A stretch of 64,000 nt of DNA from Octopus sinensis (GCF_006345805.1 NC_043004.1:1674001-1738000); one strand, 5' to 3'. Counted from the stretch's first letter, positions 39,692 through 53,378 are shown. The notes: a model not told the origin generated them from the letters alone. A program made the numbers and translations.

Positions 39692-39737
<46 letters not shown>

Positions 39738-39759
39738 ATATATATATATTATATATATT

Positions 39760-39867
<108 letters not shown>

Positions 39868-39892
39868 ATATATATATATACATATATATACG

Positions 39893-40010
39893 CAGGCGTG
39901 GCTGCGTGATAATAAGCGTGGTACCTTAGGCAAGTGTCTTCTATATAGCTTCGGGCCGACTAAAGCCTTGTAAGTGGATTTGGTAGACAGAAACTGAAAA
40001 AAGTCGTTAG

Positions 40011-40065
<55 letters not shown>

Positions 40066-40101
40066 GTGTGTGTATGTATAATATATATATATATATACAT
40101 G

Positions 40102-40154
<53 letters not shown>

Positions 40155-40866
40155 GTGTGTATATGTATATATATATATATGTAATAAATATCAATAATAT
40201 ATATACATATGCATATATACATACATATACGTGCATACTTAGATGTTTACGTATATACATATGCATATGTGGGCACAGACCGTCACAAAACATAAGCAAC
40301 AAATAATACGAAGTACGAGGACATGGAATAAGGGCATTTTTTGCAAGCAACCAGAGAAATGAATGGAAAACAAGACAAGCAGCATAAGGAACGACCCTTC
40401 ATCACTTGTCGGATGTTTATCTAGACCATATTTCGAGCAATTCATGAGAAGATATGCCTTCGATAAAGCAGCTGCTCCCGCAAAGCAAATTAAATAAAAT
40501 TTGCGAACTTGCGGAGGGTCAAGATGGTGACAAAAACAGGACAGTGAAAACAAACAGGAAGGGCTGCGAAGCTTAAACGAGGTTGTGGTGGTGAGGGCGA
40601 AGAAACAAAACTGGACAGGAAACAGAGAACAGTATGTTTTAACTGTCGAGCTGAAGCAGGAAGAAAGAAAGAAAAGCACAAGTTAGGAGAATAACCGGTG
40701 GTCACGTGGAGGCCACAGGAGCAAAGGAGGAATAGTGAGGGAGAGAAAGTGACAGACGCACAACTATGAAGGGGAGAGGAAAGAATGTGGAGACAAGATA
40801 AGAGAGAAAAAGAGAGTGAGGGGGAGAAGGGGAGGCATAGGAGGAGAAGAGAGGAAACGAAAGTGC

Positions 40867-40910
<44 letters not shown>

Positions 40911-41050
40911 TGGTTGTCTACTCCTTATACAAAATTTGACCACCTCCTGTACCTACACATTAGCACCATCATGGCGTCTGATGTGTGGCTTTTTAAGCCA
41001 GATACCTATATATATATATATGTATATACATATATATGTATATATATATG

Positions 41051-41103
<53 letters not shown>

Positions 41104-41356
41104 TGTGTGTGTGTGTATATGTATATATATATGTATATATTTCTGTATGTGTCTGTGTTTGTCCCCACCAACTATCACTTGAAAACCGATTATGGTGTGT
41201 TTACGTCCCCTAACTTAGCGGTTCGGCGAAAGAGACTGACAAAATAAGTACTAGGCTTATAAAGAATAAGTCATGGAGTCGATTTGTTTGATTAAAGGCG
41301 GTGCCCCAGCATGGCCGCAGTCACATAGCTAAAACAAGTAAAAGAATAAAAGAATA
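39893..41356 (+). mobile_element. SINE S1 split by about 1.1 kb of microsatellite and nested relic
   Basis: Head 39893-40008, 3' half 41145-41356; the interior includes a non-microsatellite insert at about 40285-40865. Confidence 0.75.
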
Positions 41357-41967
41357 ACATATGTATATATACCATTTATACGTACACATCTATATGTATA
41401 TTATATATGTGTCTGTGTATTTGTGTATGTATGAATATATGTATAAACCCTATGTATAGGGTGTCCAGAATATGAATCATCACTGAATGGTTGCAGTGTA
41501 TAGGGTTCCTGCTAAATTCTTCATTGTATTTGGTTCCTTTCTTTTACCTTCTGAGTTCAAATCCATTAGGAATCAGCTTTTCCCTGAATTTCTGGTTGAT
41601 CAGAATGTAAAATCCACCCGAGTCCTACAATCAATTTATTTGATTGCACATTCACCCAAATTTTTGATATGTAAGAATGTTTATTTCTAGGAATAATGTA
41701 AAGCTGATGGGTTGAGAGAATTTTAAAGCATTGGAGGAAAATGTTTTGCCACGATCTTCTCTTTTATTTTCTTACCTTATTTGTAAATTTAAACTCTACC
41801 GTAATCAAAAAGTTACCTTCCATCTCATGGATAGAATTTTCTATAATTCGTGATGAAGGTATTCAATGATTCCTGGCCCCTAGAAAATATGTCTGCCCTT
41901 GAGGCAAATTTGGAAAACTAGCAGCGATTGGGCCGAGGTATCAATCGTCGTTTGGTGCTTATCCAAT

Positions 41968-42885
41968 CCGAGGTCGACATTGCCTTTCATCGTTTCAGGG
42001 TCGATTAAATAAGTAGCAGTTACACACTGGGGTCGATGTAATCGACTTAATCCCTTTGTCTGTCCTTGTTTGTCCCCCCTTGTGGGTAAAAAAGAAATAA
42101 ATATTTTGGTTACAAATTTGTACAAAAGGCCATCGATATTCAGTTGGTACTTATGTTATCGACTTTGAAAGGATGGAAACCTAAGTTCACCTTAGCAGAA
42201 TTTGAACTCAGAATGTAAAGGCGGACAAAATGCCGTTAAGCAATTCGCCCGGTATGCTATCAATTAATAATCGTTTTTTTTTTTTACTTTTATAAAAACA
42301 AACTGTATGTTGTAAATTATATCTTTTTAGCTTTGCACCAGATAGTTATACCATAGTGTATATATTTCTTTATTGCCCACAGGGGGCTAAACATAGAGAG
42401 GACAAAAAAGGACTTAGAAAGGGATTAAGTCGATTACATCGACCCCAGTGCTTAACAGGTACTTAATTAATCATCCCCGAATGATGAAAGGCAAAGTCGA
42501 CCTCGGCTGAATTTGAACTCAGAACATAAAGAGAGACGAAATACGGCTAACCACTTCTGCCAGCTCGACGCCTTTTAATGTGTTCAGTATTGAAATTGAA
42601 ATGACAGTCGGCTTGCAAGGTCCTGTGGAACTGCAGCCAATATGTTATAGTATGGCCTCTTACGTTTTCAAGGCGGTGAGCTGGCAGAAACGTTAGCACG
42701 CCGGTCGAAATGCTTCGCGGTGTTTCATCTGTCTTTACGTTCCGAGTTCAAATTCCGCCGAGGTCGACATTGCCTTTCATCCTTTCAAGGTCGATAAATT
42801 AAATACCCATTGCGTACTGGAGTCGATCTAACCGACTGGCCCCACTCACCCAAAATTTCGGACCTTGTGCCGAGAGTAAAAAAAA
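41968..42885. mobile_element. Cluster of four S2 SINE copies in mixed orientation
   Basis: About 41968-42100 (+), 42135-42260 (-), 42365-42575 (-), 42671-42885 (+). Confidence 0.85.
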
Positions 42886-44306
42886 ATACTGAACTTCCTA
42901 GCATAATTATACGTTTCTCTAAATATTCGAGTGTACGCATGACTGTGTGGTTAAGGTGACCCTTCTTTTGAGTTCATCGTTTCGGGTTTTACCCCACGAA
43001 TGACTTATACTAAATTCACAAGCCGACTAAATGTAATTTAGTTAAATGAAACATCAGGTACTCCTTCAGAACGTGACCGATCTTATTCTTGGCTATGGGG
43101 GTTAATCTAATGCCCGATTAAACACATTTCTTCTTTACAGGAAGCCCTTTAAAGGGTTACGGGCACTGATTTCCCTCATCAGAATAAACAACAAAATCTA
43201 TAAATGCGTAATAATTGCTTTGATTCGTTTTAGAATTAATTGAAATGTTTGTGTTGTATTTCGCTGGAAATATAGACACGAAAGTATTAACAAAATATTC
43301 ATTTTATTTTCGCAATAAATTGAATTTTATTCCTGCTGCGCGGTTTAAAATTCGAAACATGGGAACTAAGTTTTTACGGTGATGTTTCACAATAACTTTA
43401 GTCCTTTTGATAACGTTTCTAAATGAGTGAAAACTTTACACAACAAAATGTTTCTTAGTTTTATTTAGCATTCAGCTTTATAATGTTGTGGCGCCACGTG
43501 GACACTACTCTTATGACGTTCTTGCCAATATCGAAGTTAGATTGGATAGATATCAGAGGTACACTTACCGTTTCCCATTGCTTTTTTTTTTTGTTTGTTG
43601 TACACATTTAAAGAAGAGTAAATGTTGGCTGAGTTGTTAATGTATTCGACAACACAAAGCGATAAACAAAGAAATAAACCAACAAACAAATTAACAGACA
43701 ATTAAAGAAGTAAATATATAAATACGTAATCATAAAAAAGAATCAAATAAACCCAAGCATAGATATTACTTCACACAACAGTCCGATAAACATTTACACA
43801 TACAAAAGCAATATATTACAAAAAGCACGTCAAACGACATTTCTTCTTTCTTCTTTTTATAACAACAGCCATTTTGTTTCTTTATGATAGGGGCATATAT
43901 TATTTATCTCCCATTTCGTGTCTCTTTGTCTGACTCCCTCCTTTTCTCTCTCTCTCTTTTTCTCTTCCTCTCTCGTTCTGTTTTATTTATTTATGTTTTT
44001 AATCAGTGATTTACAGGAAAAGAAAGTAGCTTTTAATACTCAAGTATCGTTTGAGAAAAGGTGAACGGTCCGTTGCAATATTAACGCCATGTACGAGACA
44101 GCCATTGCTTCAAGCGACATTTCCAGACAATTGAGCAACCGAAAGACCTTTACGAACACAGAAACCCTACAATTATACACACATGCACGCATGCACACAC
44201 ACACACACACACACACATACACACACACGTTTGCACAGCAACCTCTAAACCACACAACTACACCTGCACCTATCAGGTATATATGCACACACATTTATAT
44301 GTAGTT

Positions 44307-44347
<41 letters not shown>

Positions 44348-44621
44348 ATGTACACACACACACACACACATATATATATAATGTATATTATGTACATATA
44401 TAATGTACACACACACACACACACATATATATATAATGTATATTATGTACATATATAATGTACACACATATATAATGTCACCCGAAAGCGCGACAGGTTA
44501 CAAAAAGTTGTCAACCTCGACGAGATTGACAAAACCCTTAATAATTCTAGATAGTCTCGTAAGCAGAATCCGAACCACCATATAGGAAAAAAATTAACAC
44601 AGGGCTGTAACCGGTGTTTTA

Positions 44622-45412
44622 GTTTTAAATAACGCACACGTGTTTTAGTAACCCAACGGCCGTTATTACCTATGTTGATTAACCTTACTACGAGGCACAA
44701 AATAGTCGATACACCTCTTCTACTTTATCAGCAAAAATACAGCATAAAGAAGATTACAAGTCCTTTTATATAGCGCATTCTTATCCTCTCATTCAGGGCC
44801 GGATTAAGACACATCGCGGCCTTAAGCACTTAAAAGATTTTAGTGTCCTCAGAAAAGATTATGTAATTCAAAATATAAACAATAACAAACATAAAATAAA
44901 TTTTTATTTTCCAAAAAGAAACAAAGCAATAAGATGGAAAGTAATGTTTATTTTTGTATACTTCTACTTTATTTATATTTGAAAAGTTTCTTCCTCCTTT
45001 TCTGAATTGCAAACTCTTTGATCAGATCCTCAAAATTAATCTTAGGTAACACATCTGCATCTATACTTAGTGGAGACAAAAGCATCGTAAATATTATTTT
45101 AGTAAGTTTAAAGTGATTTCTTTTGTGCCGTAAACCATTTACCATTTCTGAGGTGCCGTGGCCTTCCCTTCATGCCCTAAGTACATGCTAAGTTTGTTTA
45201 ATGGTTAATCCAGCTTTGCTCTTACTTAATGCACTTGCTCTATTGTAAAAATTGGACGGGACTTAATTTGAATATTAGTGTATATATATATCACATTTGC
45301 AATTGATACTGTTGATGGAATGAGTCGATTACGTTGTGTTGCTTAATGGCGTCAACTAACTTACGCGAAAACGGCAGTCGGTTCATTGAAACACGTGTAC
45401 GTTATATAAAGC
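44622..45412. mobile_element. Older MITE-like element (diverged ~40 bp inverted ends) with nested MITE
   Basis: tttaaataacgcacacgtgttttagtaacccaacggccgtt is inverted as aacggcagtcggttcattgaaacacgtgtacgttatataaa. Confidence 0.55.
44794..45217. mobile_element. hAT-like MITE
   Basis: Ends cagggccggattaa ... ttaatccagctttg. Confidence 0.6.
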
Positions 45413-45445
45413 ATAAAATGCTACTGTTTTGTCTTCATATGTTTC

Positions 45446-45508
<63 letters not shown>

Positions 45509-45509
45509 G

Positions 45510-45621
<112 letters not shown>

Positions 45622-47743
45622 AGATTTTTTAGACGTAACTTTTAATGTAAGATCGGATAGATTTAAACCTTTCCGTAAGCCCAATGAAAAGCTATCGTAT
45701 ATTAGCAAAGATTCGAACCATCCACCAGGTTATCCTTAGCAACTTAGTCCGCAATGTAGGTAGAAGAATATCTTCAATTTCTTCGGACGAGGCAGCATTC
45801 CATAATGCTGCACCTTATTACGATAGCGCATTAAAGAATAGTAGATTCTCGGAGAAGATCCAGTTCAACCAGCTTAATGCTAATAATAAGCTGCACGAAG
45901 AACTAGGACCAGGAAAGTTTTGTGGTTCAACCCGGCTTTCAATTTGGCCGTAAAGACTAATATAGGTAAGGAATTTTTGAGATTAGTCTCTAAGCATTTT
46001 AAGCAGGGTCATAATTCTACAGAATATTTAATAGAAGAACCCTGAAGGTTAGCTATTCTTGTTGAGAGAAATTTGCCTCTTACATTAGCCAACATAATAG
46101 GAAGCTAATTGGATTAGACATGGTGCCGAGCCCATTAAGAAATGTAATTTCAAAAACGAAAGCTCCTGTCCGTTAGAAGGGAAATGTCTAGTGAAAGAGT
46201 AGTTTTAGAGCCAAGGTGCAAGTGGAAGGCTCATCGGAATACAAGACATACACAGGGGCTTCAGAAAATTCATTAAAACAAGATTTTATTCTCATAAGAA
46301 TTCTTTTAAATACCCAGAGAATAGGAAGAAAACCAGCCAGCAAAATATGTCTGGGAACTAAAAGAAACGGAAAGCCCCACCTTTCAAAGTGATGACTGGA
46401 GCATTCTGGACAGGGCGGCACCATACAGGCATGGAGCTTACAAATATAATTTCAAGTGCAAGCTTTGCTTATTAGAGAAAATGCACATCTTATTCAAAGA
46501 CAATAATTCTTTGAATCAAAGAAGTGAGTTAATGAACTTATGTAGGCACGCGGCTAAATTTAAAATGTCGAATATAAATATACCATATGGATAGAGTATA
46601 TATTTTGTATTTTGATTTTTTGATTTTGATTTTGACTCTTAAGCGCTACGACGGATTTATAGCAAAGTCTTATGTTTCTACATATATATTAGGAAAAACC
46701 TACAAACTTTGTTTTCATGTTATTGTATTGCATAGGATTACCTGATTATTTATAAATGACCCAAAATAGGATGTTATATTTTATTTTATGTCTTTCGTAT
46801 ATATTTTTATTAATGCACCCATTTTTTAAAAGCATGTTTTTTTAAAAAAAGCAATGCATGTCAAAATTAAATGTTGTCAAATTAGAATGTTATATAAGTA
46901 ATGTATAGCAAAGCATATGTATTGGTAAGCATGCGTATCTGTGTATGTGTAAGTGAAAGTATGCTTGTGCTTAAGCACGCATACACACGACGGTATGTAT
47001 ATGTATCAATTTAAACTTGTGTATGTATACTGGCCTCTATAGATGCCAATAACATCGCTACAATTTTCCCCCACCCCCACCCCTCTTTCGTTCCTTTTCT
47101 CTCTTTCTCTTTCTTCGTTCCCCCTCCTTGCTCAGTATATGAGAATTGCTACATAGATGAATTTTAGCTTGCGTGCGAGACGGTTTGCGTGAATATATGT
47201 ACACATGCTTTTATGTGTATAATTAGATTCATATTCATACGTCTGTATAGGTATGTATGGCGTTACGCGCATCCTTTTGTGTATGTTGATATATATATGT
47301 GGATTTTAATATAAATATGTATTGCAGTATTTATAACAGGTTTAATTTCTATGCATTAATTTGTACTGTCTTCAGTAACGGCAATAGGTTTTTTCCTCGG
47401 TTTTTCCTCGGATTTTATAATTTTTATAATTTTTATAAGTTTTTTTATATATATATACATATATTTTTGACCTTTTTGTTTATCGCTCGAAGAGATTGAC
47501 CGTTTTTTCTAAAGGGCCAATCAAACAAGTCCATTTCTTTTTAAAGGTGTAGCGTTTGTAAGAGTATAGATTGAATTAATATATAAGTTCCATTCTAGCA
47601 AAAATGTCTGATGAACGGCAACGAGAAACTCAGAGTAACAGATTTTGTTGAATTTTCTGCTGCTTAAAATAAAGCATATTACTCTACCACTGGTATTTGA
47701 GTACTCTTTTTTCCACCTTGTTTCACATTTATGTGTTACTCCG

Positions 47744-47745
<2 letters not shown>
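45622..47745 (+). mobile_element. Penelope-like element (Naiad-like): RT C-terminus, GIY-YIG, 3' region and HHR terminal repeat
   Basis: DVTFN..FKPFRKPNE..SNHPP, RRISSISS, WFNPAFNLAVKTNIGKEF, KVSYSC, CxxxxxxxCPLEGKCL, KTYTG, CKLCLLEK, LNQRSELMNLCRH (ORF end about 46593); HHR at about 47601. Confidence 0.9.
47601..47646 (+). ncRNA. Type I hammerhead ribozyme motif
   Basis: tgt-CTGATGA-acg-gcaa-cga-GAAA-ctc-a-gag-TA-aca; GUA triplet; the stem II closing pair is mismatched. Confidence 0.78.
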
Positions 47746-47818
<73 letters not shown>

Positions 47819-47829
47819 TTATACATATA

Positions 47830-48950
47830 TAGAAGGTTGAAAAGGAACATACGAGTTGATATATCTGGAAAAAAAGGTCAAGGTAGAAAATACTGAAATA
47901 ATTTTATAAAAAAAACATTTCAGTACCAGTTTCAGTCATTAAGACTTTTTCAACTGTAAGTATGGAAAACAATTAAATTTTGGAAAAATTAAAAGAAAAT
48001 TTTTTAAAAGAATATTTGTATTGTGTTGAAATACAAAGTGCATTTTCCTTGTTTCTGCCTGTTTCTGTCTCTTTTGTTTACTCTTGTGGGTTCGAGGTCG
48101 TTGTGAATTCTTGGTAGGGAAGAAGAAGAATAAAAAGAAGGAGGAGGAGGAGGAGGAGGAGAAGGGGAAAAAGAAGAAGAAGAAGAAGAAGAAAGAAGAA
48201 GAAGAAGAAGAAGAAGAAGAAGAAGAATGTGGGAGTGCCATGATAGTAGTAGGATGTTAAATGGTCAAGTGCCCTGAAATAACACGTTGTGGATGGTAGT
48301 AGAGATTGAATTCCTGAAACATCTCTTTTGAATGTCTTGTTTATAAAATTTGCGTAGGTCTTATTCTAAACAGCAATAGTGGTAAAGTTAGGAAGGAGAA
48401 GGAAGGAGACGAAGAAGAAGGTGAAAGAGAAGGGAAAATAAGAAGGAATGTAGGTAGTTTCATAGTAGTAGGGTGTTAAATGGTCAAGTAGCCTAAAAGT
48501 GATTCGTTATGGATTATAGCAGTGATTGGTACTGTTTTTTAATGAATTCTTGGGAACCTCTTGAGTGTATCATTTTCAATATTTGCGTGTGCTTTTGTGT
48601 TATTCTAAGGTCGTGGTGGATATGTCGTTTGATGCAGACGCGTTCAAAAGGGTCTGTATTTTGTAATACAGAGAGTCTCTTTACTAATTCGTTGGATACA
48701 GGTTGTATCGTCCCTGAATTGGTAGAGGGGAAAGATTCTGAAGCTTGGATTTTTGTTATCGGCGCAAATGTCTATGTATTGGCTGAATGCTATTTTTCTG
48801 GATTGGGGAATTTTTATCTGGGATTTGTGTAGAGCCATTCTTTTACGTAGACTGTTTTTTGTTTGGCCTAATTATTGCTCGTGACAACCAGATCAGGTTA
48901 GTGCGTATATCAGGTTCTCCGAAGCACATGTGAAGTTGCTTTTCACTGTG
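47830..48950 (-). mobile_element. Second Penelope-like element, 3' part (GIY-YIG, UTR, terminal repeat)
   Basis: NFTCASENLIYALT*SGCHEQ*LGQTKNSLRKRMALHKSQI..YIDICA..FRIFPLY..KE..ITKYRP; internally duplicated UTR segment; HHR variant. Confidence 0.88.
47921..47956 (-). ncRNA. Hammerhead variant with C3U/G8A core
   Basis: cag-TTGAAAA-agtc-ttaat-gact-GAAA-ctgg-TA-ctg. Confidence 0.75.
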
Positions 48951-48971
48951 AAACGTTGTCCCTGTTTGAAG

Positions 48972-49132
48972 ATGCTTCTTTCAATTTCCGTCCACCAAAT
49001 TCACTGACAAGGCTTTCGTCAGCTCCAAGGTATGGCAGAATAGACATGCTCAAGGTGCCACGCAGTGAGACGGAGTCCGATACCATTTGGGTGAGAAACA
49101 AACATCCTACCACACAGCCACGCCAGCGCCTC
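48972..49132 (-). mobile_element. SINE S1, 5' half
   Basis: caaggtgccacgcagtg..ctaccacacagccacgcc. Confidence 0.8.
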
Positions 49133-49190
49133 TATGCACATGCATACATACACACACACACACACACACATATATATATGTGTGTGTATT

Positions 49191-49238
<48 letters not shown>

Positions 49239-49661
49239 TACATATACATACACATATATATATATATATGTGTGTGTGCGTGTGTGTGTGTTTCCTTGTT
49301 TTTATCGTTGTTAAAAAAAGTCCGTTTCCTTGTTGATTTTATGTTTTCGTTTCTCTTTGTGTTCTACGTTTATTTGTGGTGTCCTGTAATCATATATACT
49401 CATAATAAATAAAATATATGCATATATACATACATATATGTACATACTTACATCTACATGTATAATACATGCATATATATAGATATATAATATATTATAT
49501 ATATATATATATATATATGCATGTATATATACATGTAGATGTAAGTATGTACATATATCTATGTATATATGCATATATTTTTTATTTATTTATATATTGT
49601 TATTATATATATATATATGTGTATATATATATATATACACATACATATACATAGATACACA

Positions 49662-49696
<35 letters not shown>

Positions 49697-49707
49697 ATAT
49701 TTGTGTA

Positions 49708-49738
<31 letters not shown>

Positions 49739-50081
49739 TTGTGTGTGCATACATACATACATATGTATATAATTGGTAAACAGGACAGCAAGCATTAAGG
49801 CAAAGTAAACATATCAAGGCGTATACAATATTATTATGGGAAGAAATTCAAAATATTACAGCTGGTATATTCCCGAGTATGGGACATTCAGTCATGAGAC
49901 ACAAAAATGGAAAAATAGGGAAAATAAGAATGGTATATATTAATAAAATGACAGGAAGGGAGTAAAATAATAAGGAGATGGAAAGAGAGAAGAAAAAAGA
50001 AGCATAAAAGTTCATAGTTCAACCTTCCGAAGTTATAGGAGAAACCAGAGCATGAATCCTTAGGTGCAATCCTGCATGCAT

Positions 50082-50119
<38 letters not shown>

Positions 50120-50292
50120 TTACTTGGAACATTGCTCGAAATGATGAGTAGATAGGCAGCCGACAACTGAAGAAGGGTCATTTTTCATGTTACTTGTCTT
50201 GTTTTCCATTTATTTCTCTCGTTGTTTGCGTATTCAACTCATTTGTTTTCGTATTTCATGTTGTTTATTGTTCGTGACGTCCTGTTCACATG
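50120..50292 (+). mobile_element. Penelope-type terminal-repeat relic (homologous to about 40300-40440, - strand)
   Basis: Shared ttgctcgaaat..agata..ccgacaa(c/g)tga(a/t)gaagggtc..cttgtcttgttttccatt. Confidence 0.65.
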
Positions 50293-51091
50293 TATGCATA
50301 GTTGACGTCATTCAGCAACACAACGTATTCAACTTACTTCATCAACAGTAAATATATGCATAGATATAAATATATTATATATATGTAAATATATGATATA
50401 TATATGCATATACATACATACATATATATATATACACACACACATGCAAGTGTGTGTGTGTGTGTACACGCGCTTGCGTAGGTATGTGTTGGGTGGGTGG
50501 GTGGGTACATAGATTAGCATGTATTTAGGCGCATTCAAATATTAATGATATTTTTCGTCTGTTTAATGGGATTCCTTTATGCAAAATTAATATCTATTAT
50601 AATATAAATACATATATGTGTCTTTATTCCATTTATCGTGCTTTTCGCGCGTGTTGTTTGTGTGCGCGTGTGAGTGCGTGTATGTTGTATTGTGTGGGTA
50701 AACATTTCTGATACCCTAAACTGTGTCAGTTTTCTGTGTCACTTTTCACTGCCCGTTTTATGTTATTCTCTGAATGAGATGTAACATCTCTCGCGAATAG
50801 GCTGCTGATCCAATACAGATAACATCTCAACATTATTAACTAACATTTTCAGTATCCTGGATTAAAGTCAGTGAACTGCCGAAAAACAGAACGATCACTG
50901 CAGTAAAACTGGACTCATAAATGGAGAATGTATATTTTCTGTAAATGGCATGTCCGTACTAGAGAGTACTTGAGTCATGATAGTATCCTAGCCATTCCTG
51001 TTTGTATTTTGTACCTGTTGATACCTAATGATTATTCTCACTTTACTGGAAGCAGGAAAAGATTTAAAAAACAATCACGAATCTATATTGC

Positions 51092-51516
51092 CTACATACA
51101 TACATACATTACATACATATATACATACATACATACATACACATACCTACGTACATACATACATACATTCATACATACATACATACATACATACATAACA
51201 TACATGCATGCATACATACACACAAATACATACATATATACATACATACATACACACACACACATATATATACATGCATACTTACATGCATACACATATA
51301 GTTGCATACATACATACATACACACTTACATGCGTGCATATACACATAAATGCATACATACAAACATACGTACATACATACACACATAAATACATACATA
51401 CGAACATGCGTACGTAGGCACATAAATGCTTACATACATAATACCAACACACATACATGCTTGCATACATACATATATACACACATATATACATACATAC
51501 ATACATGCATACATAG
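51092..51516. repeat. (TACA)n degenerate microsatellite
   Basis: Direct reading. Confidence 0.93.
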
Positions 51517-51971
51517 ATTTGAAAATCAAAGAGAAGAGACAACTTCCAGGTTCTGTATACAGATTAAAAATTCACATTTATACGAATACCAATTATCGCA
51601 CTCGGTTTTGTGAGAAAACGAGTAAGCCACAATCCGGATAAGTTAAGCTTTTCACCAAAAAAAAAAAAAAATCACTGAACTAACTCGCACATCACCAATA
51701 CAATCTGTAAGTGGGACAGTTAAAATACGCAAGACAACTCACAAGTTTAAAATGTGACATTGGTTCTATTATCTACATTTCAACGACTCAGCTCTGAATT
51801 TTGTTCGTGTGTTAGAAACCAGCTCCGTTTCACAGAGCAGGACTTTAGATAATTAAAAACACAAGAGAACATACACATGTATATACACACACACATTCAC
51901 ACACACAAACACACGCACACATATATGAAATGTAATGACAATGTTATGCATTATATCTTTAAAAGTTTTGT

Positions 51972-52007
<36 letters not shown>

Positions 52008-52008
<1 letters not shown>

Positions 52009-52551
52009 GAGGGTGAGTTAAAAAGTAATGCCATTTTGTTTAGGACAGGTATAATTACCAACACAGGAACATGTATCATACATCAAAATGAAGCTGGTCC
52101 TCTATGGATTACATCCCTACTTCTCAACATAGCAATGATCCATCTTCGAATGAGAGCATGTATCCCTACTCCATAATATTCTGTACTTTGAGCCACTTCT
52201 TCACTATAGTTTTCACTTCCTTGTCACTGGAATAATTTAGCTCCTTCAGACTATCATCTCTTCGGCTCCATGAAAGAGGGTTTGGAAGGCAAACATTATC
52301 CCTGTGGCTTGGAAGTGAAAACTGTAGTGAAGAAGTGGCTCAAAGAAAAGTCAACAGAATGTTACGGGGCAAGGATACATGCTCTCATTCAAAGGTGGAG
52401 CATTGCTATTGAGGATAAAAAGGTGACTATGTTGAGAAGCAGGGATGTAATCCACAAAGGACCAGTTTCATTTTGATGTATGATACATGTTCTTGTGTTG
52501 GTAATTATACCTGTCCTAAACAAAATGGCATTACTTTTTGACACACCCTCG
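52008..52551 (+). mobile_element. Mariner-derived MITE, about 125 bp TIRs, TA target duplication
   Basis: ta|cgagggtg..aaaagtaatgccattttgtttaggacagg ... cctgtcctaaacaaaatggcattactttt..caccctcg|ta; internal LAPSDYHLFGSMKEGL. Confidence 0.93.
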
Positions 52552-52577
52552 TATAAGGTATATATATATATATATAA

Positions 52578-52630
<53 letters not shown>

Positions 52631-53090
52631 GAAGTCGCTTATTGAAATGTAAATTTGTAAAATATTCACAATTTCCGGTTAATGTTTTTCTGGTTGTTTA
52701 TCCATTATCTGCTCGTGGTAACTTGATAGCGGCACCACACATAAAGGAGTAACTACTGCTGCTTTTATTGAAATACACTGTCACATGAAAAACGACAGTA
52801 TAGGCGAATAGACGTGATATTGAACCTGACGTTCGATTAATTGATTAAGCAAGCAACTTTGCCCCAATGTTCAAATTTGTCAAACGCAGCAATAAAATAG
52901 TTTGAAAGCAATTTACGGAAATGAGATATAGAAATGATATTAATATTTCACTGTGGTACGGAGAGTATTTTTTCAGAAAAATGGAATTGACAAATTTGCA
53001 GAACAAGATCTCAGTATAATTGCGAAGCATTTCCATCATTGTTATAAGAGTTTACCTTTGTAAAGTGATTTTTAATTGTATTTTAGATTT

Positions 53091-53378
53091 GTGGTTTCTA
53101 ACCATTTTTTTACCAATGGAATCCTTTGATTTCAGTTTTACTCAGAAGGACTCTCATAGCCATTCCATGTTTTAATAAGTCTTATTATATTTCATAATTA
53201 AATATTATTAAGAATAATATTAAAAAAAAAAGCGTAGCTGTGCAGTGAGAAGCTTGCTTCCCAACCTCATGATTCCGGGTTCAGTCCCACTGCGTGGCAC
53301 ATTGGGCAAGTGTCTTCTTCTTTAGCCTCGAGCCGACCAAAGCCTGTGAGGATTTGGTAGACGGAAAAGAAGCCCGTC

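Noticed and set aside
48885-48905. TGA at a Cys position in the second GIY-YIG (possible selenocysteine)
   Set aside because: A TAA replaces the nearby conserved Tyr, so simple decay explains both stops.
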